A stretch of DNA of 64,000 nt from an uncultured delta proteobacterium (lineage in GTDB: Bacteria > Desulfobacterota > Desulfuromonadia > Geobacterales > DSM-12255), in NCBI GenBank assembly GCA_963787125.1, contig CAWBBV010000001.1:32001-96000 (forward strand), given 5' to 3'. Made by a program: the position numbers and the translations under genes. Within the stretch, counting starts at the first letter, position 1; each line of letters starts with the position of its first letter. Below the pieces are notes generated by a model. It did no database searches, was not told the origin of the DNA, and saw only the letters and a program-made list of their open reading frames with translations. This document shows, piece by piece, positions 38,920-48,689 of the stretch.

Positions 38920-40377
38920 TTAGATCGTTGCTTTCAGTTTATGCCACCCTGTCGCCTGTTCAAAGGCAAAGGCCGCGCGGATGATCGTCTCTTCGCCGAA
39001 CGGCTTGCCGATCAGCTGCAGGCCGATGGGGAGCCCTTTGCTACTTAGCCCGGCAGGGACTGAAATTCCGCAGGTACCGGCCAGGTTGACCGGTATAGTG
39101 AAGATATCTGACAGATACATCTGCAAGGGATCGCTGCTCTTTTCGCCGATTTTAAAGGCCGGCGTTGGCGCCACCGGGGTGAGGATGACATCAACCTTCT
39201 CGAACGCCTTGAGAAAATCCTGCATGATGAGCGTCCGCACCTTCTGGGCCTTGATATAGTAGGCGTCGTAGTAACCGGAGGAGAGCGCGTAGGTGCCGAG
39301 CATAATCCGCCGCTTGACCTCGGTGCCGAACCCCTCTGCCCGGCTTTTCATGTACATCTCTTTCAGCCCGGAGCAGTCCACAGCCCTGTGGCCGAACCTG
39401 ACGCCGTCATAGCGGGCAAGGTTTGAGCTGGCTTCAGCCGTGGCAATCAGGTAGTAGCAGGCAACAGCATAGTCGGTGTGAGGGAGAGAGATATCGATGA
39501 ATTCGGCGCCAAGACCCCGATAGGTCTCAATGGCAAGCTCCATGGTTTTTTTAACGTCAGAATCAAGGCCGCCCTGGTAATACTCTTTCGGCAGGCCGAT
39601 CTTCAGCCCCTTGACGTCCGGTCGCAACGCTGCCAGGTAATCCGGCACGGGCCGGTCAACACTGGTGGAGTCCAATGGATCATGACCGGCGATTGCGCCG
39701 AGCATGATGGCAGCGTCGCGCACATCGCGGGTCATGGGGCCGACCTGGTCAAGCGACGAAGCATAGGCTATGACACCGTAGCGGGAAACACGGCCGTAGG
39801 TCGGCTTCAGGCCGACGCAGCCGCAGTGCGACGCCGGTTGGCGGATCGAACCGCCGGTATCGGTGCCGAGAGTGGCAATTGCCTGCTGAGCCGCAATGGC
39901 AGCGGCAGAGCCACCGGATGATCCGCCGGGAATGCAGTCGGTATCCCATGGATTACGGGTGACGCCGAAGGCACTCCCTTCACAGGACGAGCCCATGGCA
40001 AATTCATCCTGGTTAAGCTTGCCAAGGAGAACTGCGCCGCTACCTTTGAGCTTCTGCCAGGCGGTCGAATCGTAAGGGGCAATGAAGTCGCCCAGGATCT
40101 TCGAGGCACAGGTGGTGCGAATCCCTTTGGTCAGGAAAATATCTTTGAGGGCAAGCGGAATCCCGGTGAGAAGATTCATCTCCCCCTGGGCGATCTTTTT
40201 GTCGGCCTCGGCGGCGCTCGCCAGCGCCTCTTTCTCCGCAACAGTTATAAAGGCGTTTATTTTTGCATCGGTTGCCGCTATCCGGGCAAGCATCGCTGTT
40301 GTAACCTCAACTGAGGAGAGCTCTTTCTTCTCCAGCTTGTCATGCAGCTCATGGATGGTGAGTTCAAATAGTTCCAT
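38920..40377 (-). CDS. gatA: Asp/Glu-tRNA amidotransferase subunit A
   Basis: Amidase signature [31 protein letters not shown]. Confidence 0.98.
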   Translation of the reverse strand: MELFELTIHELHDKLEKKELSSVEVTTAMLARIAATDAKINAFITVAEKEALASAAEADKKIAQGEMNLLTGIPLALKDIFLTKGIRTTCASKILGDFIAPYDSTAWQKLKGSGAVLLGKLNQDEFAMGSSCEGSAFGVTRNPWDTDCIPGGSSGGSAAAIAAQQAIATLGTDTGGSIRQPASHCGCVGLKPTYGRVSRYGVIAYASSLDQVGPMTRDVRDAAIMLGAIAGHDPLDSTSVDRPVPDYLAALRPDVKGLKIGLPKEYYQGGLDSDVKKTMELAIETYRGLGAEFIDISLPHTDYAVACYYLIATAEASSNLARYDGVRFGHRAVDCSGLKEMYMKSRAEGFGTEVKRRIMLGTYALSSGYYDAYYIKAQKVRTLIMQDFLKAFEKVDVILTPVAPTPAFKIGEKSSDPLQMYLSDIFTIPVNLAGTCGISVPAGLSSKGLPIGLQLIGKPFGEETIIRAAFAFEQATGWHKLKATI

Positions 40378-40421
40378 TTGTGTAAATCTCCTCTTAAAAG
40401 CAGGTAAAGATAATCAGGTAA

Positions 40422-40466
40422 AGGTAAAGGTAGAGGTAAAGAATTTCTTTACCTCTACCTTTACCT
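40422..40466. repeat. Perfect 22-bp palindrome built from AGGTA(A/G) hexamers between gatC and gatA
   Basis: AGGTAAAGGTAGAGGTAAAGAA-T-TTCTTTACCTCTACCTTTACCT. Confidence 0.9.
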
Positions 40467-40480
40467 CTATCTGGTCTTTA

Positions 40481-40768
40481 CTATTCTATGACCTGCGGCA
40501 CCTTGAAGAATCCCTCGGTACTTTCCGGGGCGTTTGCCAAGGCGTTTTCTGTGCCGATTGACGGGCGGACTTCGTCAGCGCGGAAAGCATTCTCCATCGG
40601 GACAGCATGAGAGGTCGGGATAATATTGTCAGTGTTAAGCTCTGAAAGCTTGTCCACATAGGCAAGAATTGCATCCATCTGACCGGTGAACAGTGAAATC
40701 TCGTTATCATCAAGCTTGAGGCGGGCAAGAGTGGCAACATGTTCTACCTCTTGTCTGGTTATCTTCAT
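40481..40768 (-). CDS. gatC: Asp/Glu-tRNA amidotransferase subunit C
   Basis: VEHVATLARL, FRADEV, NAP....FFKVPQVIE; ATG 40768 with AGGAG RBS. Confidence 0.96.
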   Translation of the reverse strand: MKITRQEVEHVATLARLKLDDNEISLFTGQMDAILAYVDKLSELNTDNIIPTSHAVPMENAFRADEVRPSIGTENALANAPESTEGFFKVPQVIE

Positions 40769-40856
40769 AACGGCTCCTGATCTTGCGTAAAGTCTGGAAA
40801 GAAGGGTCTTTTCTAGCACGTATGCCGGTAAAAGGCAAGCCGGCAGGGTGGATGTT

Positions 40857-40886
40857 TTTGCAATATTGTTTCAGAAATATTGCAAA
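40857..40886. promoter_or_regulatory. Dyad (operator-like) between divergent gatC and cytochrome gene
   Basis: TTTGCAATATT-N8-AATATTGCAAA perfect 11-bp inverted repeat. Confidence 0.5.
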
Positions 40887-40937
40887 GATCTAGATACCTG
40901 TTATAAAGAGAGCACCATCACTTTACGGAGGTAAACT

Positions 40938-41201
40938 ATGAAAAAGAGTCTTGCAGTTATTTCTGCGGTTTCGCTGCTGGGATTTGCAGCTGCAGCAGGT
41001 GCAGCACCGGTGATCGACGGGGCCAAGCTGCTTGATGAGCGCTGTTCGGTATGTCACAAGTCAGATCGTCCGAAAGCTGCCAAAAAGAGCAAGGCTGAAT
41101 GGGAGAAGACTGTTTCCAGAATGATCGGTAAAGGGGCAAAGTTGACTGCGGAGGAGAAGAAGGCTTTGGTGGAGCATCTGGCAAAGACTTACAAGCCATA
41201 A
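40938..41201 (+). CDS. Small periplasmic monoheme cytochrome c
   Basis: Sec signal, CSVCH heme motif, W...V.RM axial Met pattern, GGAGG RBS. Confidence 0.9.
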   Translation: MKKSLAVISAVSLLGFAAAAGAAPVIDGAKLLDERCSVCHKSDRPKAAKKSKAEWEKTVSRMIGKGAKLTAEEKKALVEHLAKTYKP

Positions 41202-41233
41202 GCAATTTTGGATAAAGTAGTCCAGTTACAATC

Positions 41234-41266
41234 AAAGGGGGGGTGCTTGTAAAGTGCCTCCCCTTT
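41234..41266 (+). terminator. Putative intrinsic terminator after cytochrome gene
   Basis: AAAGGGGGGGTGCTT-GTA-AAGTGCCTCCCCTTT hairpin; short U-tract. Confidence 0.5.
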
Positions 41267-41317
41267 ACCTTGGACTTAAGCTAATTGCAGTAATGCTATT
41301 TTTCCACAAATAAAAAC

Positions 41318-41346
41318 TTGACAAACATTAATCTAATGTCTAAATT
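41318..41346 (+). promoter_or_regulatory. Sigma-70 promoter of R-M locus
   Basis: TTGACA-17 bp-TAAATT, 33 bp upstream of first ATG. Confidence 0.7.
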
Positions 41347-41379
41347 GCAATTACGCTATTATTGCAAATGTGGAGATTT

Positions 41380-41955
41380 ATGAAAGCCAAGTTGGAAAAC
41401 ATAGCGACTGTTCAGGCTGGGTATTCATTCCGTTCGCGGCTTGAATCGCTGGACACCGGTGCTGTTGCCGTCATTCAGATGAAAGATCTGACCAGCGCCA
41501 ACCGTGTCGACTGTAGTGAGTTGGTAAGGGTGGATATGGATCTGCTCAAAGAGCACCATCTTGTCAGGCTGGGCGATTTAATCTTTCGTTCGCGCGGCTT
41601 GACCAGTAATTCTGCTCTTCTTGCGGATGACCCGGGGGATGCAGTGCTGGCAGCGCCGCTCCTGCGCATCAGGATCAAAAGTAGGAAGGTGTTGCCCGAA
41701 TATCTGAACTGGTACATCAGTCAGCAACCTGCTCAGGCATATCTGACCAGTTGTGCTGCCGGCACTGCACTCAAGATGATCAGTAAACAGTCGCTGGAAA
41801 GCCTTGAAGTAGATATCCCTTCCCTGGCACGGCAGCATCTCATTGTCAAGATGACAGCCTTGGAAGAGGAAGAGCAGCGCATCATGAAAAAACTGGCAGA
41901 GAAACGCACTCAATATATTTCGAAAACTTTACTGCAAATAGCTCAAGGAGACTGA
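41380..41955 (+). CDS. Half-size HsdS-like (single TRD) protein
   Basis: GDLIF, YL.WY, L..LE..IPSL..Q..I S-subunit core motifs followed by coiled-coil; ATG 41380. Confidence 0.8.
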   Translation: MKAKLENIATVQAGYSFRSRLESLDTGAVAVIQMKDLTSANRVDCSELVRVDMDLLKEHHLVRLGDLIFRSRGLTSNSALLADDPGDAVLAAPLLRIRIKSRKVLPEYLNWYISQQPAQAYLTSCAAGTALKMISKQSLESLEVDIPSLARQHLIVKMTALEEEEQRIMKKLAEKRTQYISKTLLQIAQGD

Positions 41956-41960
41956 ACGTC

Positions 41961-43517
41961 ATGGCAGACAAGATAGATCAGAAAGACATCAACAACGCGG
42001 CCTGGGCTGCCTGCGACACCTTTCGGGGAGTTGTCGACCCGGCGCAGTACAAGGACTACATTCTCGTCATGCTGTTCGTGAAATACATCTCCGACGTCTG
42101 GAAGGATCACTACGAAGAGTACCGCCAGCAGTACGGCGACGACGATGCCCGTATCCGCCGCAAGCTTGAGCGGGAGCGTTTCGTGCTCCCATTTGCCGAG
42201 CTGAAGAATCATGACACCGGTGAAGTTGAAGACATCTTTCTGGCTGACTATTACAGCCTCTACGAACGGCGCGGCGTAGCCAACATCGGCGATCTGATCA
42301 ACATCGTGCTGGATACCATCGAGGAAGCAAACAAGGCAAAGCTAGAAGGGGTTTTCCGTAACATCGACTTTAACAGCGAATCAAATCTCGGCAGGACCAA
42401 GGACCGTAACCGCCGCCTGAAGACTCTGCTGGAGGATTTCAACAAGCCGCAGCTGGACATGAGTCCCGGTAATGTTTCCGAGGATGTCATTGGCAACACC
42501 TATATCTACCTGATTGAGCGCTTCGGTGCAGATGCGGGAAAGAAGGCCGGAGAGTTCTACACTCCTCACAAGATTTCAACTCTGGTCGCCAAGCTGGGCA
42601 GACCCAAGCCTGGAGACCGCATCTGCGACCCGGCCTCCGGCTCCGGTGGCCTGCTCATCGAGGCGGCGCGGGAGGTTGGCGACCGGAACTTCGCTCTTTT
42701 CGGCATGGAGTCTAACGGCAGCACCTGGGCACTGGCCAGGATGAACATGTTCCTCCACGGTTTCGACAGCGCCCGCATCGAGTGGTGCGATACGCTCAAC
42801 AGCCCGGCGCTGGTGGAAAACGACCGCCTGATGAAGTTCAATGTACTGGCTGCAAATCCGCCGTTTTCCCTCGACAAATGGGGCGCAGAGGAGGCGGAAA
42901 GTGACCGCTATAACCGCTTCTGGCGCGGTGTGCCGCCAAAATCCAAGGCCGACTGGGCCTTCATCAGCCATATGGTGGAAGCTGCCCTGGAAAAGGAGGG
43001 GCGGGTCTCCGTCGTCGTTCCCCACGGGGTGCTCTTCCGCGGCGCTGCCGAGGGGCGCATCCGCCAGAAGATGATTGAGGAGAATCTGTTGGATGCCGTT
43101 GTCGGCCTGCCGGGCAATCTATTTACCACCACCTCCATTCCGGTGGCGATCCTCGTTTTTGACCGCAGCCGGGAGAAGGGGGGCGCCAATCAGGAGCGCA
43201 AGGACGTCCTCTTTGTCGATGCCAGCCGCGACTACCTGCCGGGTAAAAACCAGAACTCCCTCTCCGACGAGCATATCCGCAAGATTGTCGAGACTGTTGC
43301 TGCCCGGCAGGAGGTGGAGAAATACGCCCATGTCGCCGGCTTCGAGGAAATTCAGGAGAACGACTTCAACCTCAATATTCCCCGCTATGTGGACACCTTC
43401 GAGGAGGAGGCGGAGATCGATATCGATGCCGTGCAGGTGGAGATCGAGCAGCTGGAGAGTGAGCTGGTGGCGGTGCGGGCGAGGATGGCGGCGATGTTGA
43501 AGGAGATTGAGAGATGA
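41961..43517 (+). CDS. hsdM: Type I R-M methyltransferase subunit
   Basis: GEFYTP, DPASGSGGLL, ANPPF, PHGVLFRG, FNLNIPRYVD. Confidence 0.97.
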   Translation: MADKIDQKDINNAAWAACDTFRGVVDPAQYKDYILVMLFVKYISDVWKDHYEEYRQQYGDDDARIRRKLERERFVLPFAELKNHDTGEVEDIFLADYYSLYERRGVANIGDLINIVLDTIEEANKAKLEGVFRNIDFNSESNLGRTKDRNRRLKTLLEDFNKPQLDMSPGNVSEDVIGNTYIYLIERFGADAGKKAGEFYTPHKISTLVAKLGRPKPGDRICDPASGSGGLLIEAAREVGDRNFALFGMESNGSTWALARMNMFLHGFDSARIEWCDTLNSPALVENDRLMKFNVLAANPPFSLDKWGAEEAESDRYNRFWRGVPPKSKADWAFISHMVEAALEKEGRVSVVVPHGVLFRGAAEGRIRQKMIEENLLDAVVGLPGNLFTTTSIPVAILVFDRSREKGGANQERKDVLFVDASRDYLPGKNQNSLSDEHIRKIVETVAARQEVEKYAHVAGFEEIQENDFNLNIPRYVDTFEEEAEIDIDAVQVEIEQLESELVAVRARMAAMLKEIER

Positions 43518-44542
43518 GTGTCGGGAAGAAAATGCAGATTCGCAACAGCACTGCAGAGTTTCTCATCTTTGCCACACGATCTGGTGAGAACGGCATCGAA
43601 GTGCGAGTTGAGGATGAAACAGTTTGGCTGTCACAAAAGCTTATTGCCGAGCTGTTTCAGGTTACGGTGCCGACCATCAACGAACACCTCGACAACATCT
43701 ACAAACAGAAAGAGCTGACGCGCGAAGCAACAGTTCGGAAATTCCGAATAGTTCAGACAGAAGGTAGTCGGCAGGTGGGGCGAAATACCGATTTCTACAA
43801 TCTTGACGCCATCATCTCCGTCGGCTATCGCGTCAACTCGCTGCGGGCTACCCAGTTCAGGCAGTGGGCAACCGGAATCCTGCGGGATTATTCCATTCGC
43901 GGTTATGTGCTCGACAAGGAACGCCTGAAAAACGGTTCATTCTTCAGCAAGGAATATTACGAAAATCTGCTGGCTGAAATCCGGGAGATCCGGGCGAGCG
44001 AACGAAAGTTCTACCAGAAGATAACCGACATTTACGCTACGGCAATGGATTACCGGGCGGATGCCGAGATTACCGAGAAATTCTTTGCCGCCGTCCAGAA
44101 CAAGCTCCATTTCGCCATTCATGGCCACACGGCGGCAGAGCTGATCGTGAAGCGGGCGGATAGCAGCAAGGAGAACATGGGGATGACGTCCTGGAAGAAT
44201 TCACCGGACGGGAAGATTCTCAAGCCGGATGTCTCCATTGCCAAGAACTATCTGTCGGCAAGGGAAATAAAGTCTTTGGATCGATTCGTGACCATGTACC
44301 TCGACTACGCCGAAGATCAGGCAGAGCGCAACATTCCCATGACCATGGAAGACTGGGCCAGCAAGCTGAACGCCTTTCTACAGTTCAATGAACGCGACAT
44401 TCTTAAAAATCAGGGTACAGTCAGCCAGGCTATTGCCAAATCCTTTGCCGAAAGCGAGTTCGAGAAATACCGGGTCGTACAGGATCGCTTGTTTGAATCG
44501 GATTTTGACAGAGTGGTTAAGAAGCTGGAGGGCGGGGAATGA
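43514..44542 (+). CDS. rhuM: RhuM family (virulence/DNA-binding) protein
   Basis: TVWLSQK..AELF, YNLDAIISVGYRVNS.RATQFRQWA, IREIRASE..FYQKI.DIY, QNKLHFA. Confidence 0.9.
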   Translation: MSVGKKMQIRNSTAEFLIFATRSGENGIEVRVEDETVWLSQKLIAELFQVTVPTINEHLDNIYKQKELTREATVRKFRIVQTEGSRQVGRNTDFYNLDAIISVGYRVNSLRATQFRQWATGILRDYSIRGYVLDKERLKNGSFFSKEYYENLLAEIREIRASERKFYQKITDIYATAMDYRADAEITEKFFAAVQNKLHFAIHGHTAAELIVKRADSSKENMGMTSWKNSPDGKILKPDVSIAKNYLSAREIKSLDRFVTMYLDYAEDQAERNIPMTMEDWASKLNAFLQFNERDILKNQGTVSQAIAKSFAESEFEKYRVVQDRLFESDFDRVVKKLEGGE

Positions 44543-44643
44543 TTTATGGTGTGGATCCATATCGAGGTAATGCTCGCAATGGTAATGAGAGACTGACCAT
44601 TCCGTGGAGATGCACGAGATGGTTTAGATGATGGAGGATTGCA

Positions 44644-45516
44644 ATGAATAAAGAATTGATGGTTCGGCTGCATACACAATTTGATGGAATTGCCAACATC
44701 TGGCCCGACTCAGAGGTTGAATTCTGGTATGCCCGCGACTTGCAGGGAGTTCTGGGGTATGACCGTTGGGAGAACTTCAAGAAGGTCATAGACAAAGCTA
44801 TAATCTCCTGCGAATCAACAGGAGTCACTGTGTCCGATCATTTTCGTGACGTCACGAAAATGATCGAGCTTGGCAAGGGGGGTAAGCGTGAAGTCGAAGA
44901 TTATATGCTGACTCGTTACGCTTGCTACCTGATCGCCCAGAATGGCGACCCGCGAAAGGATCAGATCGCCTTCGCCCAAAGCTACTTTGCCATCCAGACC
45001 CGCAAGCAGGAGATCATTGAAGAGCGAATTCACCTGCAAGAACGGCTGCAGGCCCGTCAGAAACTGCGTGAATCCGAAACTGAACTCTCAAAAAACATCT
45101 TTGAGCGCGGCGTTGATGAGCAAGGGTTCGGACGCATTCGATCCAAAGGTGATCATGCTTTATTTGGCGGTAATAACACCCTGTCAATGAAGGGGCAGCT
45201 TGGTGTTCCGGACAATCGTCCACTTGCCGACTTCCTGCCGACCGTTACCATTGCCGCAAAAAATCTCGCCACGGAAATCACCAACCACAATGTGCGTCAG
45301 CATGACATGCAAGGAGAAGGGCCTATTACCGACGAGCATGTGCAGAATAACCGCAGTCTCCGCAACATGCTGGTGGAGCGTGGTATCAAGCCAGAGGAGT
45401 TGCCTGCGGAAGAGGATTTGAAGAAGCTTGAGCGGCGGGTGAAGTCGGAAGAAAAGCGGCTGATCAAGGGGACTGAGCTGCCGAAGATTGTGGAGGGTAA
45501 CGCTGATGAAGAGTAA
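44644..45516 (+). CDS. dinD: DNA-damage-inducible protein D (BRO-N-like)
   Basis: FWYARDLQ..LGY..W.NF, LTRYACYLIAQNGDPRK..IAFAQ.YFA.QTRKQE. Confidence 0.9.
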   Translation: MNKELMVRLHTQFDGIANIWPDSEVEFWYARDLQGVLGYDRWENFKKVIDKAIISCESTGVTVSDHFRDVTKMIELGKGGKREVEDYMLTRYACYLIAQNGDPRKDQIAFAQSYFAIQTRKQEIIEERIHLQERLQARQKLRESETELSKNIFERGVDEQGFGRIRSKGDHALFGGNNTLSMKGQLGVPDNRPLADFLPTVTIAAKNLATEITNHNVRQHDMQGEGPITDEHVQNNRSLRNMLVERGIKPEELPAEEDLKKLERRVKSEEKRLIKGTELPKIVEGNADEE

Positions 45517-46708
45517 AAAAATCTCTGACATCTGCGATGTTGTTGGTGGCTTTGCATTTCAAAGTGGCGCTATGAAAAGTGAAAAGGGCAGATATCAAGT
45601 TATAAAGATGAGCAATCTTTATAAGGGCACCCTTGATCTTGACAGAAACCCCTCATTCATAGATGAGATCGAGCCCCGTCATAAACAATATCTCCTTCAA
45701 GAAGGGGATGTTCTGATGACTCTCACAGGAACTATAGGAAAAAAGGATTACGGGTATTCTGTTCAAATTGAAAAACAGAAAAACCTCTTATTAAACCAGC
45801 GGGTTTGCCTGCTAAGGCCTAAAAGTGGAAAAATAAATGGTTACTACCTGCTTCAATTATTACGATCAAATGCGTTTTTGGATCAGTTTTTTGAATCTTC
45901 TATTGGAGGCACTGGAAATCAATCAAACGTCAGCATAACCATATTGAAAGACATGATAGTTGGCCTTCCTGAAATTGAAGGTCAAACCGCCGCCGCATCT
46001 CTGCTCTCTGCTTGGGATCTCGCCATCGAAAAGGCAGAGCGGCTGATTGCGGCCAAGGAGAAGCGGTTTACTTTACTTACGCAAGAATTGATTCACAACT
46101 GTACTGAAGATTTGCGGCACTTCCATCTCAGGGATATCTGTGAGCCGGTAACCCGGAAAAACGACGGCAACGAACTAAATGTCCTAACAACCTCGGCGCA
46201 GCATGGCCTTATCAGCCAACTGGATTACTATAAGAAGAGCGTTTCAGCAGAAGATGTTAGAGGCTATTATCTGCTGAAAAACGGCGAATTCGCCTACAAT
46301 CGGAGTTCCTCCAACGGCTACCCCTACGGCGCAATCAAGCGACTTGAAGATTATCCACAAGGCGTACTCTCCACGCTTTATCTCTGCTTCTCATTGAAAA
46401 ACGATGCTCCATGTGATTCCGATTTTATGGCCCATGCCTTTGAAGCTGGCTTGCTGAACAAGCAACTTGTGGGCGTTTGCCAGGAAGGCGCGCGGAGCCA
46501 TGGGCTGCTGAATATTACGAAAACGGATTTTTTCGGGATGAAGATTTCTTTGCCGGCAATCGCTGCGCAAAAGCAAATCTCGGCTATTCTCAACACCGCC
46601 CGCCAGGAAATTGATCTGCTGAAAAAGCAGGCCGAAGCCTTTCGCCGGCAGAAGCGCGGGTTGATGCAAAAGCTGTTGACCGGGGAGTGGCGGGTGCAGG
46701 TGGGGTAG
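45506..46708 (+). CDS. hsdS: Type I R-M specificity subunit (two TRDs)
   Basis: Two AT-rich variable regions separated by LP....Q conserved segments; ends KRGLMQKLLTG. Confidence 0.92.
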   Translation: MKSKKISDICDVVGGFAFQSGAMKSEKGRYQVIKMSNLYKGTLDLDRNPSFIDEIEPRHKQYLLQEGDVLMTLTGTIGKKDYGYSVQIEKQKNLLLNQRVCLLRPKSGKINGYYLLQLLRSNAFLDQFFESSIGGTGNQSNVSITILKDMIVGLPEIEGQTAAASLLSAWDLAIEKAERLIAAKEKRFTLLTQELIHNCTEDLRHFHLRDICEPVTRKNDGNELNVLTTSAQHGLISQLDYYKKSVSAEDVRGYYLLKNGEFAYNRSSSNGYPYGAIKRLEDYPQGVLSTLYLCFSLKNDAPCDSDFMAHAFEAGLLNKQLVGVCQEGARSHGLLNITKTDFFGMKISLPAIAAQKQISAILNTARQEIDLLKKQAEAFRRQKRGLMQKLLTGEWRVQVG

Positions 46709-46719
46709 GTTTGGGTTTT

Positions 46720-46770
46720 GTGGACTTGGTGGACGACGTGGACTTTGTGGACGTGATGGACTGGATTGAC
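46720..46770. repeat. Six tandem 9-bp-period RTGGAC units upstream of four-helix-bundle gene
   Basis: GTGGAC/ATGGAC at 46720, 46729, 46738, 46747, 46756 and degenerate ATTGAC at 46765. Confidence 0.88.
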
Positions 46771-47180
46771 GTGGGAGGGTCTGTTTATGGCTGATGGGGA
46801 AGGGTTGATTCCGAAGCATGGCGGGTATCGCAGGCTGAAAAGTTTTCAGATTGCCCAGCTTGTTTTTGATGTGACGGTGCGCTTCTGTGAACGCTACATT
46901 GACCGGTTCAGCCGCACCAGCGACCAGATGGTGCAGGCGGCGCGGAGCGGCGTGCAGAACATTGCCGAGGGGAGCCAGGCTTCCGGTACCTCGAAGAAGA
47001 CCGAGCTGAAGCTGACCAATGTGGCCCGGGCGAGCCTGGAAGAGCTGAAGCTGGACTATGAAGATTTTTTACGGCAGCGGGGGCTGCCACTCTGGGAGCG
47101 GGAGGACCCGCGCCGGAAGGCGCTGGTGGCGCGGCGCTGTTGCACGGCGGATGAGGTGGCGGGATGGGTGAAGGAAATCT

Positions 47181-47265
47181 ATGGACTTGGTGGACCAAGT
47201 GGATGTAATGGACTTGATGGACTGTCCACATCGTCCATGTCGTCCACTCCGTCCATAAAGTCCAC
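47181..47265. repeat. Intragenic palindrome: five RTGGAY units followed by five GTCCAY units, 9-bp period
   Basis: Units at 47181-47222 and 47224-47265; translated as a G/S-periodic linker. Confidence 0.88.
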
Positions 47266-47315
47266 AAAAACCAACCCCACCAACCTGAAGTTCCCCCGGT
47301 TCAGTGGACAGGGTG

Positions 47316-48179
47316 TTAAGCTGCAAATTTGAGTTGATCCGCCTCGTATGGAGTCCGATACCCCAGCGAAGAATGAATTCTTTTACGGTTATAGAAACGT
47401 TCTATGTAACTGAAGATGCTCTGGCGTGCATCGGCTCGGGTTGAATACTGGCAGTGAAATACAAGCTCTCTCTTAAGTGTCCCAAAGAAGCTTTCTGCCG
47501 GTGCGTTGTCCCAACAATTACCTTTGCGACTCATGCTGCAAGTTGTGCCATTTTTCACTAACAGGGCCTGGAATTCAATGCTTGCATACTGCGACCCTCT
47601 ATCGGAATGATGAATCAGTCCACGCGGCGGGTTTCGTCGCTTAACTGCGAGAATGAAAGCATCGATGACAATATTCCGGGTCATTCGCTCCGACATGGAC
47701 CACCCAACGATGGCACGTGAAAACAAGTCCATAACTATTGCCAGGTAGAGCCACCCCTCGCCGGTCCAGATGTAAGTGATGTCTGCGGCCCATGCCTGGT
47801 TAGGCCGCTTTGGCGTGAACTCCCGATTGAGAAGGTTGGCCGCCACGGGCAACTTATGCTTAGAGTTGGTCGTTGCCTTGAACTTGCGCTTCGTCTTCGC
47901 TCTAAGGCCATCTTTTCTCATCAGGCGGGCAATCTTGTTACGACCGTAATGCTTGCCGCGCCTCTGTAGTTCCCGGTGCACCCTGGGACTTCCGTAGGTG
48001 CGATTGCTCTCTTGGTGAATCTCTTTGATCACCTCTGATAGCGCTTGATCTTCTTGACTTTTTTTGCCTTCTGGCTGTTTTAACCAGGCGTAATATCCGC
48101 TCCGTGAAACGTCGAAAACGCTACACATGATGGAGATCCGAAACTCAGTCTGATTCTCACGGATGAAGCTAAAGGTCAA
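47316..48179 (-). CDS. IS3 transposase OrfB (DDE integrase core)
   Basis: [29 protein letters not shown]. Confidence 0.95.
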   Translation of the reverse strand: MTFSFIRENQTEFRISIMCSVFDVSRSGYYAWLKQPEGKKSQEDQALSEVIKEIHQESNRTYGSPRVHRELQRRGKHYGRNKIARLMRKDGLRAKTKRKFKATTNSKHKLPVAANLLNREFTPKRPNQAWAADITYIWTGEGWLYLAIVMDLFSRAIVGWSMSERMTRNIVIDAFILAVKRRNPPRGLIHHSDRGSQYASIEFQALLVKNGTTCSMSRKGNCWDNAPAESFFGTLKRELVFHCQYSTRADARQSIFSYIERFYNRKRIHSSLGYRTPYEADQLKFAA

Positions 48180-48472
48180 GTCGGGTCTTTTGAAAAGATG
48201 GCCATTGCTTTTTTTAAGATTTCACGCTCCATCTTTAAACGCTCATTTTCACGCTTAAGTTGACGGATTATCTCCGCGTCAGAGGTCATATGCCCTTTGC
48301 CGGGAAACGCTTCTTCAGGTTTAACCGATAACTGCCTGATCCAGTTGTAAAGCGTGTTGGGGTGAATCCCCATATCGCTCGCTATCTGGTTTACATCGGC
48401 ACCTCCATCGGTAACCAGTTTGATCGTTTCGATCTTGAACTCGCGGGTGAACGACTTTCTCTTCGATACCAT
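48176..48472 (-). CDS. IS3 transposase OrfA (HTH)
   Basis: FTREFK.E..KL, IA..MGI...[27 protein letters not shown] before ATG 48472. Confidence 0.93.
   Translation of the reverse strand: MVSKRKSFTREFKIETIKLVTDGGADVNQIASDMGIHPNTLYNWIRQLSVKPEEAFPGKGHMTSDAEIIRQLKRENERLKMEREILKKAMAIFSKDPT
48208..48215 (-). promoter_or_regulatory. -1 ribosomal frameshift slippery site (A7G) of IS3
   Basis: AAAAAAAG near the end of orfA, just upstream of the orfB ORF. Confidence 0.8.
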
Positions 48473-48689
48473 GACTGTCCTCCGTCTGCTTTTGTAGCAG
48501 CTTTTCGGACTGTCCACAATCTCGGGGGAAGTTCAACCCCGAAATCTCCGCCAACGCTGCCCTCACCCTCCTTGCCGTCGCCTGCTCCCTGCTGGACCGC
48601 CAGTTGGCGGCCCAGGCCGAAGCTTTTGAAAAGGAAGGTGGCTTCACCGAGCGGCTCTACCGCACCCGCAGCCAGGCCAGGAGAAAACC

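Larger units (their letters stand above)
47286..48535 (-). mobile_element. IS3-family insertion sequence, 1250 bp
   Basis: TG...CA ends, 26-bp imperfect IRs (20/26), 3-bp target duplication ACC (47283-47285 / 48536-48538), orfA/orfB. Confidence 0.97.

Noticed and set aside
46720..47265. CRISPR array
   Set aside because: Units are 6 bp with 3-bp spacers and occur in inverted orientation; no cas genes. The same applies to the 36851 and 40422 repeats
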